The translations under genes and the position numbers were made by a program. A stretch of DNA of 64,000 nucleotides, from contig JAJPHD010000026.1 of assembly GCA_021325455.1 (NCBI GenBank), positions 400,387 to 464,386 of the forward strand, in the 5' to 3' direction. Origin of the DNA: Actinomycetota bacterium. Lineage in GTDB: Bacteria; Actinomycetota; Acidimicrobiia; Acidimicrobiales; JAJPHD01. The notes under the pieces are model-generated. The model saw nothing but the letters and a program-made list of their open reading frames with translations, searched no databases and was not told the DNA's origin. Shown here piece after piece: positions 29,194-37,746 of this stretch (its first letter is position 1; each line of letters starts with the position of its first letter).

Positions 29194-30165
29194 CTAGGAG
29201 AACCCGGCGACCCGGTGGGGCTCGTAGGGCTCTTCCAGCCGAGCCATCTCCTCGTCCCCGAGGTGGATGTCCAGCGCAGCCACGGCGTCCTCCAGATGGT
29301 GGGGCTTGGTGGCCCCCACGATGGGAGCGGTCACCACCGGGTTGTGCAGCAGCCAGGCCAGAGCAACCTGGGCCATGGAGGCCCCCCTGGCCTTGGCCAC
29401 CTCGGCCACCCGCTCCACGATGACCCGGTCGCTCTCCGCGTACAGCGTCCGACCGAACTCGTCGGTACGGCTGCGGGCCGTCTCCTCCTCCCAGGGGCGG
29501 GCCAACCGCCCTCGGGCCAGAGGGCTCCAGGGGATCACCCCCACCCCCTGGTCGGCACAGAGGGGCAGCATCTCCCGCTCCTCCTCCCGGTAGAGGAGGT
29601 TGTAGTGGTTCTGCATGCTGGCAAACGGGGTCCACCCGTGGGACTCGGCCACGTACTGGGCCTTGGCGAACCGCCACGCCCACATGGAGGAGGCCCCCAG
29701 GTAGCGGACCTTGCCCATGCGGACCAGGTCGTGCAGGGCCTCCATGGTCTCCTCGATAGGGGTACGGGGGTCGAACCGGTGGATCTGGTACAGGTCGACG
29801 TAGTCCATGCCCAGCCGGCGCAGGCTCTGGTCGATCTCGAAGAGGATGGCCTTCCTGGACAGGCCGGCCCCATTGGGTCCCGGGCGCATGCGGCCGTGGA
29901 CCTTGGTGGCGACCACCACCTCCTCCCGGGACACCAGGCCGGCCAGAGCCCGGCCCAAGATCTCCTCGCTGGTGCCGTCGGAATAGACGTTGGCCGTGTC
30001 GAAGAAGTTGATCCCCGCATCCAGGGCGGCCTTGATGAAGGGCCGGGCCTCGGGCTCGTCCAGGCTCCAGGGATGGTTGCCGCGCCCGGGCACTCCGTAG
30101 CTCATGCACCCCAGGCAGATACGGGACACCTCTAGGCCGTGGCGGCCCAGCCTGACGTAGTCCAT
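29194..30165 (-). CDS. Aldo/keto reductase
   Basis: Segments LGCMSYG, GINFFDTANVYSDGTSEEILG, VVATKV and MGKVRYLGASSMWAW support the call. Confidence 0.9.
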   Translation of the reverse strand: MDYVRLGRHGLEVSRICLGCMSYGVPGRGNHPWSLDEPEARPFIKAALDAGINFFDTANVYSDGTSEEILGRALAGLVSREEVVVATKVHGRMRPGPNGAGLSRKAILFEIDQSLRRLGMDYVDLYQIHRFDPRTPIEETMEALHDLVRMGKVRYLGASSMWAWRFAKAQYVAESHGWTPFASMQNHYNLLYREEEREMLPLCADQGVGVIPWSPLARGRLARPWEEETARSRTDEFGRTLYAESDRVIVERVAEVAKARGASMAQVALAWLLHNPVVTAPIVGATKPHHLEDAVAALDIHLGDEEMARLEEPYEPHRVAGFS

Positions 30166-30246
30166 GGGTCCGACGCTAGCGGGAGGCCCCGGTGGCCGGC
30201 CCGGGGCCAGCCACTGGCGGCCACATCCCCGTCCCCTCGGCCGGCT

Positions 30247-31136
30247 TCATGCCAGGTCGTACACGCGCTGGGCCGTGCCCTGGAAGACAGCCTGGCGCTC
30301 GGCGTCCGACAGGTCGGCGGTGAGCTCCCGGTACATGTCGCAGACCTCGCCGTAGCTGGCAGCCAGGGTGGAGACGGGCCAGTCGGAGCCGAACATCAAG
30401 CGCTCGGGGCCGAAGGCCTCCAGCACGGTCTCGTAGTAGGGACGCAGGTCCGCGGCCGAGAGCGGAGCGGAGTGGGCTCCGGACAGCTTGCACACCACGT
30501 TGGGGAGGGCCGCCAGGTCCCCGATGGCGGCCGCCCAGGAGGTGGCCAGCTCTCCCTCCCCCGAGCCACCGGAGGCCCACCCAGGTGGTCGAGCACGAAG
30601 GTCAGCCCGGCGGTCGACCGGGCCGCCGTCACCGCCGCCGGCAGCTGGTGGGCCCGGGCCACGATGTCGAAGCAGAGCCCGGTGGTCGCCAGCTCGGCCA
30701 GGCCGTCCAGCACTTCCGGCCGGGCCAGCCATCCGGGGTCCGCCTCCGCCAGCACCGGGTGGCGTACCCCGCGCAGGAACCCCCCTCCCCTCAACGAGCG
30801 CAGCCCGGCCACCGACTCGGCGACCCCGGGAGAGGTGAGGTCCACCCACCCCACCACAGCCCGCAAGAGGTTGGGGGAGCCGGGGTCCGGCCCGCCGTAG
30901 GGGTTGTGCCCCGCCGCCAGGGCCAGCAGGTCGGGCGTCTCCCAGGCCTCGGCCATGGTCTGGATGACCACGGACCCGCTCACCCCGGCGGCGGCCGCCA
31001 GGGGGGCCAGGTCGTCCAGGGTGAAGGACCGGCGCAGCCGGGCCAGCTGGTCGTCGCTGGCCCACGTCTGCCCCCCCGAGAGCCACCGGTGCTCCCGGGC
31101 CGACAGGTCCCAGAGATGGTGGTGGGCGTCTATCAC
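30247..31136 (-). pseudogene. Amidohydrolase-2 family (PF04909-like) gene interrupted by a frameshift
   Basis: The N-terminal part VIDAHHHLWD...FVLDHLGGPP and the C-terminal part AAIGDLAALPNVVCKLSG...FGSDWPV are in different frames. The junction is at the C5/G5 run 30558-30562. The span of 890 nt is not a multiple of 3. GTG 31136 overlaps the DinB TGA. Confidence 0.7.
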
Positions 31137-31639
31137 AGCCCCAGCATCCCTCTCACGTAGGCAGCCTGGCCGGCGTGCTGCAGGCTGTCGTCGGCCACGC
31201 TCACCAGCCGGACGCCCACGGTGACCGGCGGCTCCCACCTGCGGTCCACGATGCGGTCCAGGTCCGGTGGCGCCAGGGCCGCCAGCATGCCCCGGGTGCG
31301 AGCGTCCACCGCCTCCAGGTAGGAGACCAGGACCTCCGGCCCCTCGGGGCGCACCGAGCCCACCTCGGTCTCCGAGTGCCCGTAGCCAGTGTTGGCGGGG
31401 TCGGCCTCCAAGCCGCAGCGCCGGGCCCAGTCGCCGCCCTCCCATACCTGGTCGGTGCCGAGGAGCTCGGACACGTGGTGGTCCTGCACCCGGGCCAGGT
31501 GCCACACCAGCCAGCCGATGCTGTTCGTCCCCGGCGCCGGCCTCCGGGCCAGCGCCCCAGCGTCGAGGCCGTCCACGGCCTGGCGGGCCAGGGGCGGGAT
31601 GCGGCCATACAGCTCGAGCAGCAGAGAAGAGACGTCCAT
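31133..31639 (-). CDS. DinB-family (DinB_2 / mycothiol-transferase-like) protein
   Basis: Segments NSIGWLVWHLARVQDHH and DDSLQHAGQAAYVRG give the His-rich four-helix pattern. Start is ATG 31639. Confidence 0.8.
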   Translation of the reverse strand: MDVSSLLLELYGRIPPLARQAVDGLDAGALARRPAPGTNSIGWLVWHLARVQDHHVSELLGTDQVWEGGDWARRCGLEADPANTGYGHSETEVGSVRPEGPEVLVSYLEAVDARTRGMLAALAPPDLDRIVDRRWEPPVTVGVRLVSVADDSLQHAGQAAYVRGMLGL

Positions 31640-31650
31640 GGCGGACCATT

Positions 31651-31958
31651 TCAGCACGACCGCCCCGGCTCCCTTGCCACCAGGGCCCACACCCGGTGCG
31701 GCACCGCCCGCGGGCCTCGGGGAAGTCCCGGGCGGCGGGCCTGGCGGAGCAGGGGAAGCGAGGGGTCCAGCCCGTGGACGGTGCACCCCGCCCAGGCGAA
31801 GTCACGGGCTAGGGTCCCGGTTCCCGGTCCCGAGGTCCAGTACCCGCTGGCCGGCAAACGCCGACACCCATGGCATGGAGCCGGGAGAACAGCTGATCCG
31901 GGAAGCCGGCCCGATAGGTGGCGTAGTCGTCCGCCCTCCGGCCAAAGTCGACCTTCAC
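31651..31958 (-). pseudogene. Remnant of a SAM-dependent methyltransferase (frameshifted and truncated)
   Basis: FGRRADDYATYRAGFPDQLFSRL is in one frame, QRVLDLGTG in a second and GTGTLARDFAWAGCTVHGLDPSLPLLRQAR in a third. An apparent 7-nt imperfect duplication GGGAACC is present. Only about 100 codons remain before the DinB start. Confidence 0.4.
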
Positions 31959-32025
31959 GGCGAAGAACGGTAGTTCTGGCCGGGCCGCGGCCCGCTGAGG
32001 GAGCGAGACGGTATTTGGAGCACGA

Positions 32026-33933
32026 TTGGGCCATGAGCAACCCGAACGGTCGGCCGGCGTGATCCCAGGAGGCAAACCGCCGGGCGAGACCCCCAGCTGG
32101 GCCATCGCCGACCCCGAGGGGGTCGAGGCCCGCAGCGCCGCCTACCGGGACTTCAGCGCCCCGGTGGACTTCCTGCGCCTCATCCCCTTGGCAGTGGCCG
32201 TTGGCCTCATGGCCACCTTCATCGCCCTTGCCCTCCTCGACTTCATTTACCTTCTCACCAACCTCGCCTTCTACCAGAGGGTGAGCGTGGTAGCGGTCTC
32301 GCCCAACAACAACGACGTGGGGCCGTACCTCATACCGATCGCCGTCGCCGGCGAGGTGATCGTGGGGCTCATAGCCCGCTACGGCTCCGGCCAGATCAGG
32401 GGCCACGGCATCCCCGAGGCGATGCAGACCATCCTCACCAGGGGGAGCCGGGTGCAACCCCGCCTCACCGTGCTCAAGCCCCTGGCCTCCGCCATGGCCA
32501 TCGGCACCGGGGGGCCCTTCGGGGCCGAGGGCCCCATCATCGTGACCGGAGGGGCGCTGGGGTCGGTGGTGGCCCAGCTGTTCCGCTTCTCGGCGGCCGA
32601 GAGGCGGAGCCTCCTCGTGGCGGGGGCGGCGGCGGGCATGACCGCCGTCTTCGGCACCCCGGTGGGGGCCACGATCTTCGGCTTGGAGGTGCTGATCCTT
32701 GAGCGCCGGCCCCGCTCGCTGGTCCCCATAGCCGCCGCCTGCGCCGTGGCCGACGGCATCCGCATCTCCCTGGCCCGGGTGGGCCTCATCGCCACCGAGC
32801 CCCTCTTCAAGGTCCCCCATGCGGTCACCCTGACGGGCTGGCCGCTCCTCGAGGCGGTGGCGGTCGGCCTGGTGGCAGGGGGCGCTGCCTGGCTCATGAC
32901 CAAAGCGGTGTTCGCCTCCGAGGACCTCTTCCATCTGCTGCCCATCCATTGGATGTGGTGGCCGGCCCTCGGAGGCCTCGCCATCGCGCTGGGGGGCCTG
33001 GCCGACCCCAAGGCCCTCGGGGTGGGCTACAACATCATCGACCTGGAGCTGGCCGGCAAGCTGGCCCTCGGGGCCCTGGTCCTGTTGTTCTTCGTCAAGC
33101 TCGGGATATGGGCCTTCTCGCTCGGCTCGGGCACCAGCGGGGGCATCATCGCCCCCATCCTCATGATGGGGGCGGCCGTAGGAGGGATCATGGCCTCCGT
33201 GCTGCCCGGGGGCTCCGAGCCCCTGTGGGCGCTGGTGGGGATGGCGGCCACCCTGGCCGCCATGGCCCGGGCCCCCCTCACCGGAGTGGTCTTCTCCCTG
33301 GAGCTGACCCATGACTACCGCAACCTGCTCCCCCTGCTGATCGCCGTCTTCACGGCGCACACCGTGAGCGTGCTCGTCCTCAAGCGCTCCATCCTGACCG
33401 AGAAGGTGGTGCGCCAGTCCCGTATCCCGGTGACGGCCGAGTACGCCGTGGACCCTCTGGATGCGCTCTTCGTGCGTGAGGTGATGCGCACCGACGTGGT
33501 CACCATCGAGCCCGACCGCCCCATCGAGGAGGTCTACGAGGACCTGTCAGAGGCCGATCCCTCCCGGCGCCAGCGCCTGTACCCGGTGGTGGACGGGAAC
33601 GGCTCGCTCCTCGGGCTCCTGCCCTGGTCGGTGATCCTGGAGCACCGCTCCGGCAACGGGGACCAGCCCGCCTCCCGGGCCATGATCAGCCACTACCGGG
33701 CGGTGGGCCCCGAGATCACGGTCCGCAACCTGGCCGACCGCATGGTGTCCCAGGGCCTGGGCGCCTACCCGGTGGTGGAGAAGGGAAGGCTCGTGGGCGT
33801 GGTCTCCACTGTCGATGTTCTGAAGGCCCGCCAGCACCTGCTCGTCGAGGAGCGCCAGCGGGAGCGGGTGCTGCGCTGGTGGTGGTCTGCCCGTCCGCTC
33901 CGCGCCCCGGGCTCAGGTGACCCGGAGCCGTAG
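32026..33933 (+). CDS. ClC-family chloride channel/antiporter with a C-terminal CBS pair
   Basis: Segments GSGQIRGHGIPE, GTGGPFGAEGP and GTSGGIIAPILMMG support the ClC core. CBS-like segments VREVMRTDVVTI and GAYPVVEKGRLVGVVS follow. The start is uncertain. Confidence 0.85.
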   Translation: MGHEQPERSAGVIPGGKPPGETPSWAIADPEGVEARSAAYRDFSAPVDFLRLIPLAVAVGLMATFIALALLDFIYLLTNLAFYQRVSVVAVSPNNNDVGPYLIPIAVAGEVIVGLIARYGSGQIRGHGIPEAMQTILTRGSRVQPRLTVLKPLASAMAIGTGGPFGAEGPIIVTGGALGSVVAQLFRFSAAERRSLLVAGAAAGMTAVFGTPVGATIFGLEVLILERRPRSLVPIAAACAVADGIRISLARVGLIATEPLFKVPHAVTLTGWPLLEAVAVGLVAGGAAWLMTKAVFASEDLFHLLPIHWMWWPALGGLAIALGGLADPKALGVGYNIIDLELAGKLALGALVLLFFVKLGIWAFSLGSGTSGGIIAPILMMGAAVGGIMASVLPGGSEPLWALVGMAATLAAMARAPLTGVVFSLELTHDYRNLLPLLIAVFTAHTVSVLVLKRSILTEKVVRQSRIPVTAEYAVDPLDALFVREVMRTDVVTIEPDRPIEEVYEDLSEADPSRRQRLYPVVDGNGSLLGLLPWSVILEHRSGNGDQPASRAMISHYRAVGPEITVRNLADRMVSQGLGAYPVVEKGRLVGVVSTVDVLKARQHLLVEERQRERVLRWWWSARPLRAPGSGDPEP

Positions 33934-34767
33934 GCGGCTCCTGGCCACCTCGAAGCAGGCCACCGCCGCCGCCGCCGAGACGTTGAGGGACGCCGGCGGC
34001 CCGAGCAGCGGGATGGCCGCCACCACGTCACAGCGCCGAGCGGCCAGGCGGCTCAACCCCGATCCCTCAGCGCCCAGCACGAGGGCCAGCGGCTGGTCGG
34101 CCAGGTCGAGGTCGAAGAGGGACTGGGCTGCACCCGCATCCAGCCCCACCGTCCACACCCCCCGCCGCCCGAGTTGCTCCAGGGCAGCGGGCACGCCCGG
34201 CACCACGGCCAGCGGCAGGTGCTCGATGGCCCCCGCCGCGGCCTTGGCCGCCGCGGGGGTGACATGGACCGACCGGTGCCGCCCCAGGACGGCCCCGGTG
34301 GCGCCGGCGCAGCTCGCCGAGCGGAGCACCGCCCCCAGGTTGTGAGGATCGGTCACGCCCTCCAGCACCACCAGGAAGGGAGGCGCTCCCCGCCGGCCCC
34401 CGGCCAGCTCGTCCAGACCGACCGGCTCCAGGGGGCGGGCATGGGCCAGAACCCCTTGGGGGGCTTCGGTGCGGGCCTCGGCCTCCAACCTGGCCCGGCT
34501 CACCCGCCGCACCGGCACCCGCCGGCGCAGGGCCAGCGCCACGATCTCCTCCACCGCCGGCGTGCCGTCCAGGTCCTCGGCCACCCACACGTCCCGGGCC
34601 CTGACCGCCGGCGCCGCCAGCAGCTCGCGCACGGCCCGACGCCCCTCCACCTGCTCGCCCCCGAGCCCCCGAGGGGCCCGGGGGCGGGGGGGCTGGGTCC
34701 GGGACGGCCGGGCGGGGGGCTGGGTCCGGGTCGGCCGGGCGGGGGGCCGACTCCGCCGGCCCCTCAT
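33913..34767 (-). CDS. rlmB: TrmH/SpoU-family 23S rRNA 2'-O-methyltransferase (RlmB-like)
   Basis: Segments [38 protein letters not shown] and IPLLGPPASLNVSAAAAV support the call. ATG 34767 overlaps the ispF TGA (ATGA). Confidence 0.85.
   Translation of the reverse strand: MRGRRSRPPARPTRTQPPARPSRTQPPRPRAPRGLGGEQVEGRRAVRELLAAPAVRARDVWVAEDLDGTPAVEEIVALALRRRVPVRRVSRARLEAEARTEAPQGVLAHARPLEPVGLDELAGGRRGAPPFLVVLEGVTDPHNLGAVLRSASCAGATGAVLGRHRSVHVTPAAAKAAAGAIEHLPLAVVPGVPAALEQLGRRGVWTVGLDAGAAQSLFDLDLADQPLALVLGAEGSGLSRLAARRCDVVAAIPLLGPPASLNVSAAAAVACFEVARSRLRLRVT
34685..34746. repeat. In-frame 27-bp tandem repeat (2 full copies plus a partial third) in the rlmB 5' region
   Basis: The minus-strand unit is CCCCCCGCCCGGCCG(A/T)CCCGGACCCAG. 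It encodes PPARP(T/S)RTQ twice. Confidence 0.8.
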
Positions 34768-35249
34768 GCCTTCCTCTCGAGGAGCGCCACCGCCAGGCAG
34801 GCCACCCCCTCGGCCCGGCCCAGGGCCCCCAGCCCCTCGGCCCGCTTGGCCTTGACGCTCACCGGCCCGCCGGCCACCTGGCTCAGGCGCTGGGCCATGG
34901 CCTCCCGGTGGGGGGCCAGCCGGGGGGCCTCCAGCACCACGGAGCAGTCGGCGTTGGCAAGGCCCCACCCGGACACCGAGGCCAGCGCCGAGGCCCGGGC
35001 CAGGATGGCCGTGCTGTCCGCCCCCTCCCAGGCGGGGTCGGAGTCGGGGAAGTGCTGACCCAGGTCACCCAGCCCGGCTGCCCCGAGGATGGCGTCGGCC
35101 AGGGCGTGGCACACCACGTCGGCGTCGCTGTGGCCCCCCAGGCCCCCCTGCTCGGCCAGCAAGACCCCCCCCAGCACCAGGGGCCGGCCCTCCCCGCCGG
35201 CGAAGGGATGGACGTCGAACCCCAAGCCCACCCTGGTGTCCCCGGCCAC
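34764..35249 (-). CDS. ispF: 2-C-methyl-D-erythritol 2,4-cyclodiphosphate synthase
   Basis: Segments GLGFDVHPF, GHSDADVVCHALADA and HFPDSDP support the call. Confidence 0.92.
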   Translation of the reverse strand: MAGDTRVGLGFDVHPFAGGEGRPLVLGGVLLAEQGGLGGHSDADVVCHALADAILGAAGLGDLGQHFPDSDPAWEGADSTAILARASALASVSGWGLANADCSVVLEAPRLAPHREAMAQRLSQVAGGPVSVKAKRAEGLGALGRAEGVACLAVALLERKA

Positions 35250-35250
35250 G

Positions 35251-35886
35251 TCAGCGCCCCCTCAACAGGGCCTCGGCCAGCACCATGTCGGCAGGGGAGG
35301 TGATCTTGAGGTTGGCCGGGTCACCGGGGACGGTCACGACCCGGCCTCCCCGGGCCTCCACCAGGCAGGCATCGTCGGTGGCTTCGTCACCGTCCCGGTG
35401 GGCATCCACGAGGGCGCTGGCCCGGAAGGCCTGGGGGGTCTGCACCACCACCAGGTCCTGGCGGGGCACGGTCTCCACCACCCGGCCGGCGGCCACCCGC
35501 TTCACGGTCTCGGCCACCGGCAGGGCGGGGACGGCCCCGTCCACCCCGGGGTCCAGGAGCGCGGCGGTCACGGCCCGGAAGAGGTCCTCCCCCGCCAAGG
35601 GGCGGGCGGCATCGTGGACGACCACCACCTCCGCCTCAGGTGGCAGGGCCGCCAGCCCGGCCCGCACCGACGCCGACCTGGTCGGCCCCCCGTGCACGGC
35701 CACGTCGGCCCCGGAGGGGTCCAGGGCCACCCCCTCGGGCAGTACCGCCACCACGCCGTCGGCCACCGAGCGGGCGGCTCCTACCGACCACTCCAGCACC
35801 CTGCGGCCGGCCAGGAACTCGAACTGCTTGAGCCCCCCGAAGCGCTGGCCCCGCCCCCCGGCCACCACCACGGCCCAGGTCCTCAC
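35251..35886 (-). CDS. ispD: 2-C-methyl-D-erythritol 4-phosphate cytidylyltransferase
   Basis: Segments VVVAGGRGQRFG, VVVHDAARP and QTPQAF support the call. Confidence 0.9.
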   Translation of the reverse strand: MRTWAVVVAGGRGQRFGGLKQFEFLAGRRVLEWSVGAARSVADGVVAVLPEGVALDPSGADVAVHGGPTRSASVRAGLAALPPEAEVVVVHDAARPLAGEDLFRAVTAALLDPGVDGAVPALPVAETVKRVAAGRVVETVPRQDLVVVQTPQAFRASALVDAHRDGDEATDDACLVEARGGRVVTVPGDPANLKITSPADMVLAEALLRGR

Positions 35887-35898
35887 CGTGAGCGGGCC

Positions 35899-36378
35899 CT
35901 AGGGCAGGGCCTGGTTGAGCCGCTCCTCGGCCTCCTCCTCGCTCACCCCGATGGCGAAGGTGAGCTCGGAAACCAGGATCTGGCGGGCCCGGGTCAGCAT
36001 GCGCTTCTCGCCCGCCGAGAGCCCCTTGTCCTTGTCCCGGATGGAGAGGTTCCGCACCACCTCGGCCACCTGGTAGATGTCCCCGGACTTGAGCTTCTCC
36101 ACGTGGTTTTTGTAGCGGCGAGACCAGTTGGTGGGCATGCGGGCCTCCTTCTTGCGAAGGACGGCGAAGACCTCCTCGACCTCCTCGTCGTTGATGACCT
36201 CCCGCAGGCCCACCTCATCGGTGTTGTCGGCGGGGACCATCAGGGTCAGGTCCCCATAGGCCAGGCGCAGGACCAGGTACTCCCGGTTCTCGCCGAAGGC
36301 TTCTTTCCTCTCCCGCCTCTCCACCACGGCCGCGCCGTGATGGGGGTAGACGACCTTGTCACCGACGTCGAAAGCCAT
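35899..36378 (-). CDS. carD: CarD-family RNA-polymerase-binding transcriptional regulator
   Basis: The protein begins MAFDVGDKVVYPHHGAAVV. Segments NWSRRYKNHVEKLKSGD and AEVVRNL follow. GGAGAGGA precedes the ATG. Confidence 0.92.
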   Translation of the reverse strand: MAFDVGDKVVYPHHGAAVVERRERKEAFGENREYLVLRLAYGDLTLMVPADNTDEVGLREVINDEEVEEVFAVLRKKEARMPTNWSRRYKNHVEKLKSGDIYQVAEVVRNLSIRDKDKGLSAGEKRMLTRARQILVSELTFAIGVSEEEAEERLNQALP

Positions 36379-36529
36379 TCCTCTCCAGACAGCCGACTTG
36401 ACGGAGCAATCCCCAGGGTACAGGGGCCGGGCGCCCTTGCCACAACTCCCCGCCTACGGCTGGCCGGCCGCCCGCGGCCCAGGAGAGGTGACCGCTCCCG
36501 GGAGCCGCTGCCCCCCGGGGAGGCAGGGC

Positions 36530-37624
36530 CTAGCTGTAGCGGTCCAGGATGCTGGTCTCGGCCAGCCTGGACAGGCCGTCCTTCACGATGCGGGCCCGGG
36601 CCTCGCCCACCCCGGCCACCTCGGCCAGCTCGTCGTAGGTGGCCCGCATGACCTTGGCCAGGGTGCCGAAGTGCCCCACCAGGCGCTCGGCCAGGTCAGC
36701 CGGCAGCCCGGGCACCTTGGAGAGCAGGCGGTAGCCCCGGGCCTGGAGGGTGGCGTCCAGCTCCCCGCCATCGGGCGACAGGCGCAGGACCGAGGCCACC
36801 CTGGTCAGGTCCAGGAGGTCCTCGGTCCCGAGGGAGGCCAGCTGGTCCATGGCCTGCTCCAGGCGCCAGGTACGGCCCTGGTGGAAGTAGTCCTTGATGA
36901 CGAGCCGCCGGTCGTCCTCCACCCCTCCCATCAGCTCGTTGCGCTGGAGCAGCACCAGGCGGCCGTCATCACCCAGCTCCACCAGGTAGCCGTCTATCTC
37001 CTCCGAGATGCGCCTCACCATCTCGGCCCGCTGGAGCACGGCCACCACGTCCCTCACCGTGACCAGGTCCTCCACCTCGAGGGCGGTGAGGGAGCTGCTC
37101 ACCGCCTCCAGGCGGTTCTTGTACCGCTCCAGGGTCTGGAGGGCCTGGTTGGCCCGGTTCACGAGCACCGGGGTGGGCTGGAGGCGGTGCTTGTCGCCAT
37201 GGCGGTAGACGGCGATCATCGACAGGTCCTCGGACACCGAGATCACCGGGACGTCGATGGACCGGGCCACCCGCTCGGCGGTGCGGTGCCGGGTGCCGGT
37301 CTCGGTGGTGGGGACCCGGGGGTCGGGGACCAGGTGGACATTGGCCCAGGCGATGCGGCTGGCGTCGGAGGCCAGGATGATGGCCCCGTCCATCTTGGCC
37401 AGCTCCGAGAGCCGCTGGGGGGTGTACTCGGCTCCGAGGTGGAAACCCCCCGAGCAGATGGCCAGGACCGCAGGCGAGTCGCCCACCACTATGAGGGCTC
37501 CCCGGTCGGCCTGCAGGACGCGGTCCAGGCCCTCGCGAAGGGGCGTCCCCGGCGCCACCGACGCCAGCGCTCGCACCATCGCCGGGCTCGGTCGGGCTGC
37601 CACAGCCGCATGGTACTGCGACAC
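36530..37624 (-). CDS. disA: DNA integrity scanning protein DisA (diadenylate cyclase)
   Basis: Segments GALIVVGD, DGAIIL and TGTRHRTAER support the DAC domain. A C-terminal HhH segment is LAEVAGVGEARA. Confidence 0.92.
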   Translation of the reverse strand: MSQYHAAVAARPSPAMVRALASVAPGTPLREGLDRVLQADRGALIVVGDSPAVLAICSGGFHLGAEYTPQRLSELAKMDGAIILASDASRIAWANVHLVPDPRVPTTETGTRHRTAERVARSIDVPVISVSEDLSMIAVYRHGDKHRLQPTPVLVNRANQALQTLERYKNRLEAVSSSLTALEVEDLVTVRDVVAVLQRAEMVRRISEEIDGYLVELGDDGRLVLLQRNELMGGVEDDRRLVIKDYFHQGRTWRLEQAMDQLASLGTEDLLDLTRVASVLRLSPDGGELDATLQARGYRLLSKVPGLPADLAERLVGHFGTLAKVMRATYDELAEVAGVGEARARIVKDGLSRLAETSILDRYS

Positions 37625-37746
37625 CTGGAGGGCCCTGGGAACGACCCCGTGCCCGTGCCTGGCCTCTGGGGGCGGCCCCCGGCAAGGGGTGGGCCCCGAC
37701 CCCGTGCCCCCCTGGCGTCCCCGCCCCCTTGTCGCCGCCCTCCGGC

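Noticed and set aside
31640-32025. Fluoride (crcB-type) riboswitch upstream of the ClC gene.
   Set aside because: The ClC here is the long CBS-containing type, not the short fluoride-specific type. The upstream DNA is explained by the methyltransferase remnant. No riboswitch-like conserved core was visible.
34685-34746. CRISPR-like repeats anywhere in the window.
   Set aside because: The only tandem repeat seen is the in-frame 27-bp coding repeat in rlmB. There is no repeat-spacer architecture and no cas genes.
36379-36529. Terminator hairpin after disA (GCTCCCGGGAGC) and a carD promoter (TTGTGG...TACCCT).
   Set aside because: The palindrome has no loop and only a short stem. The promoter hexamers are weak matches. 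This is not strong enough to list as features.
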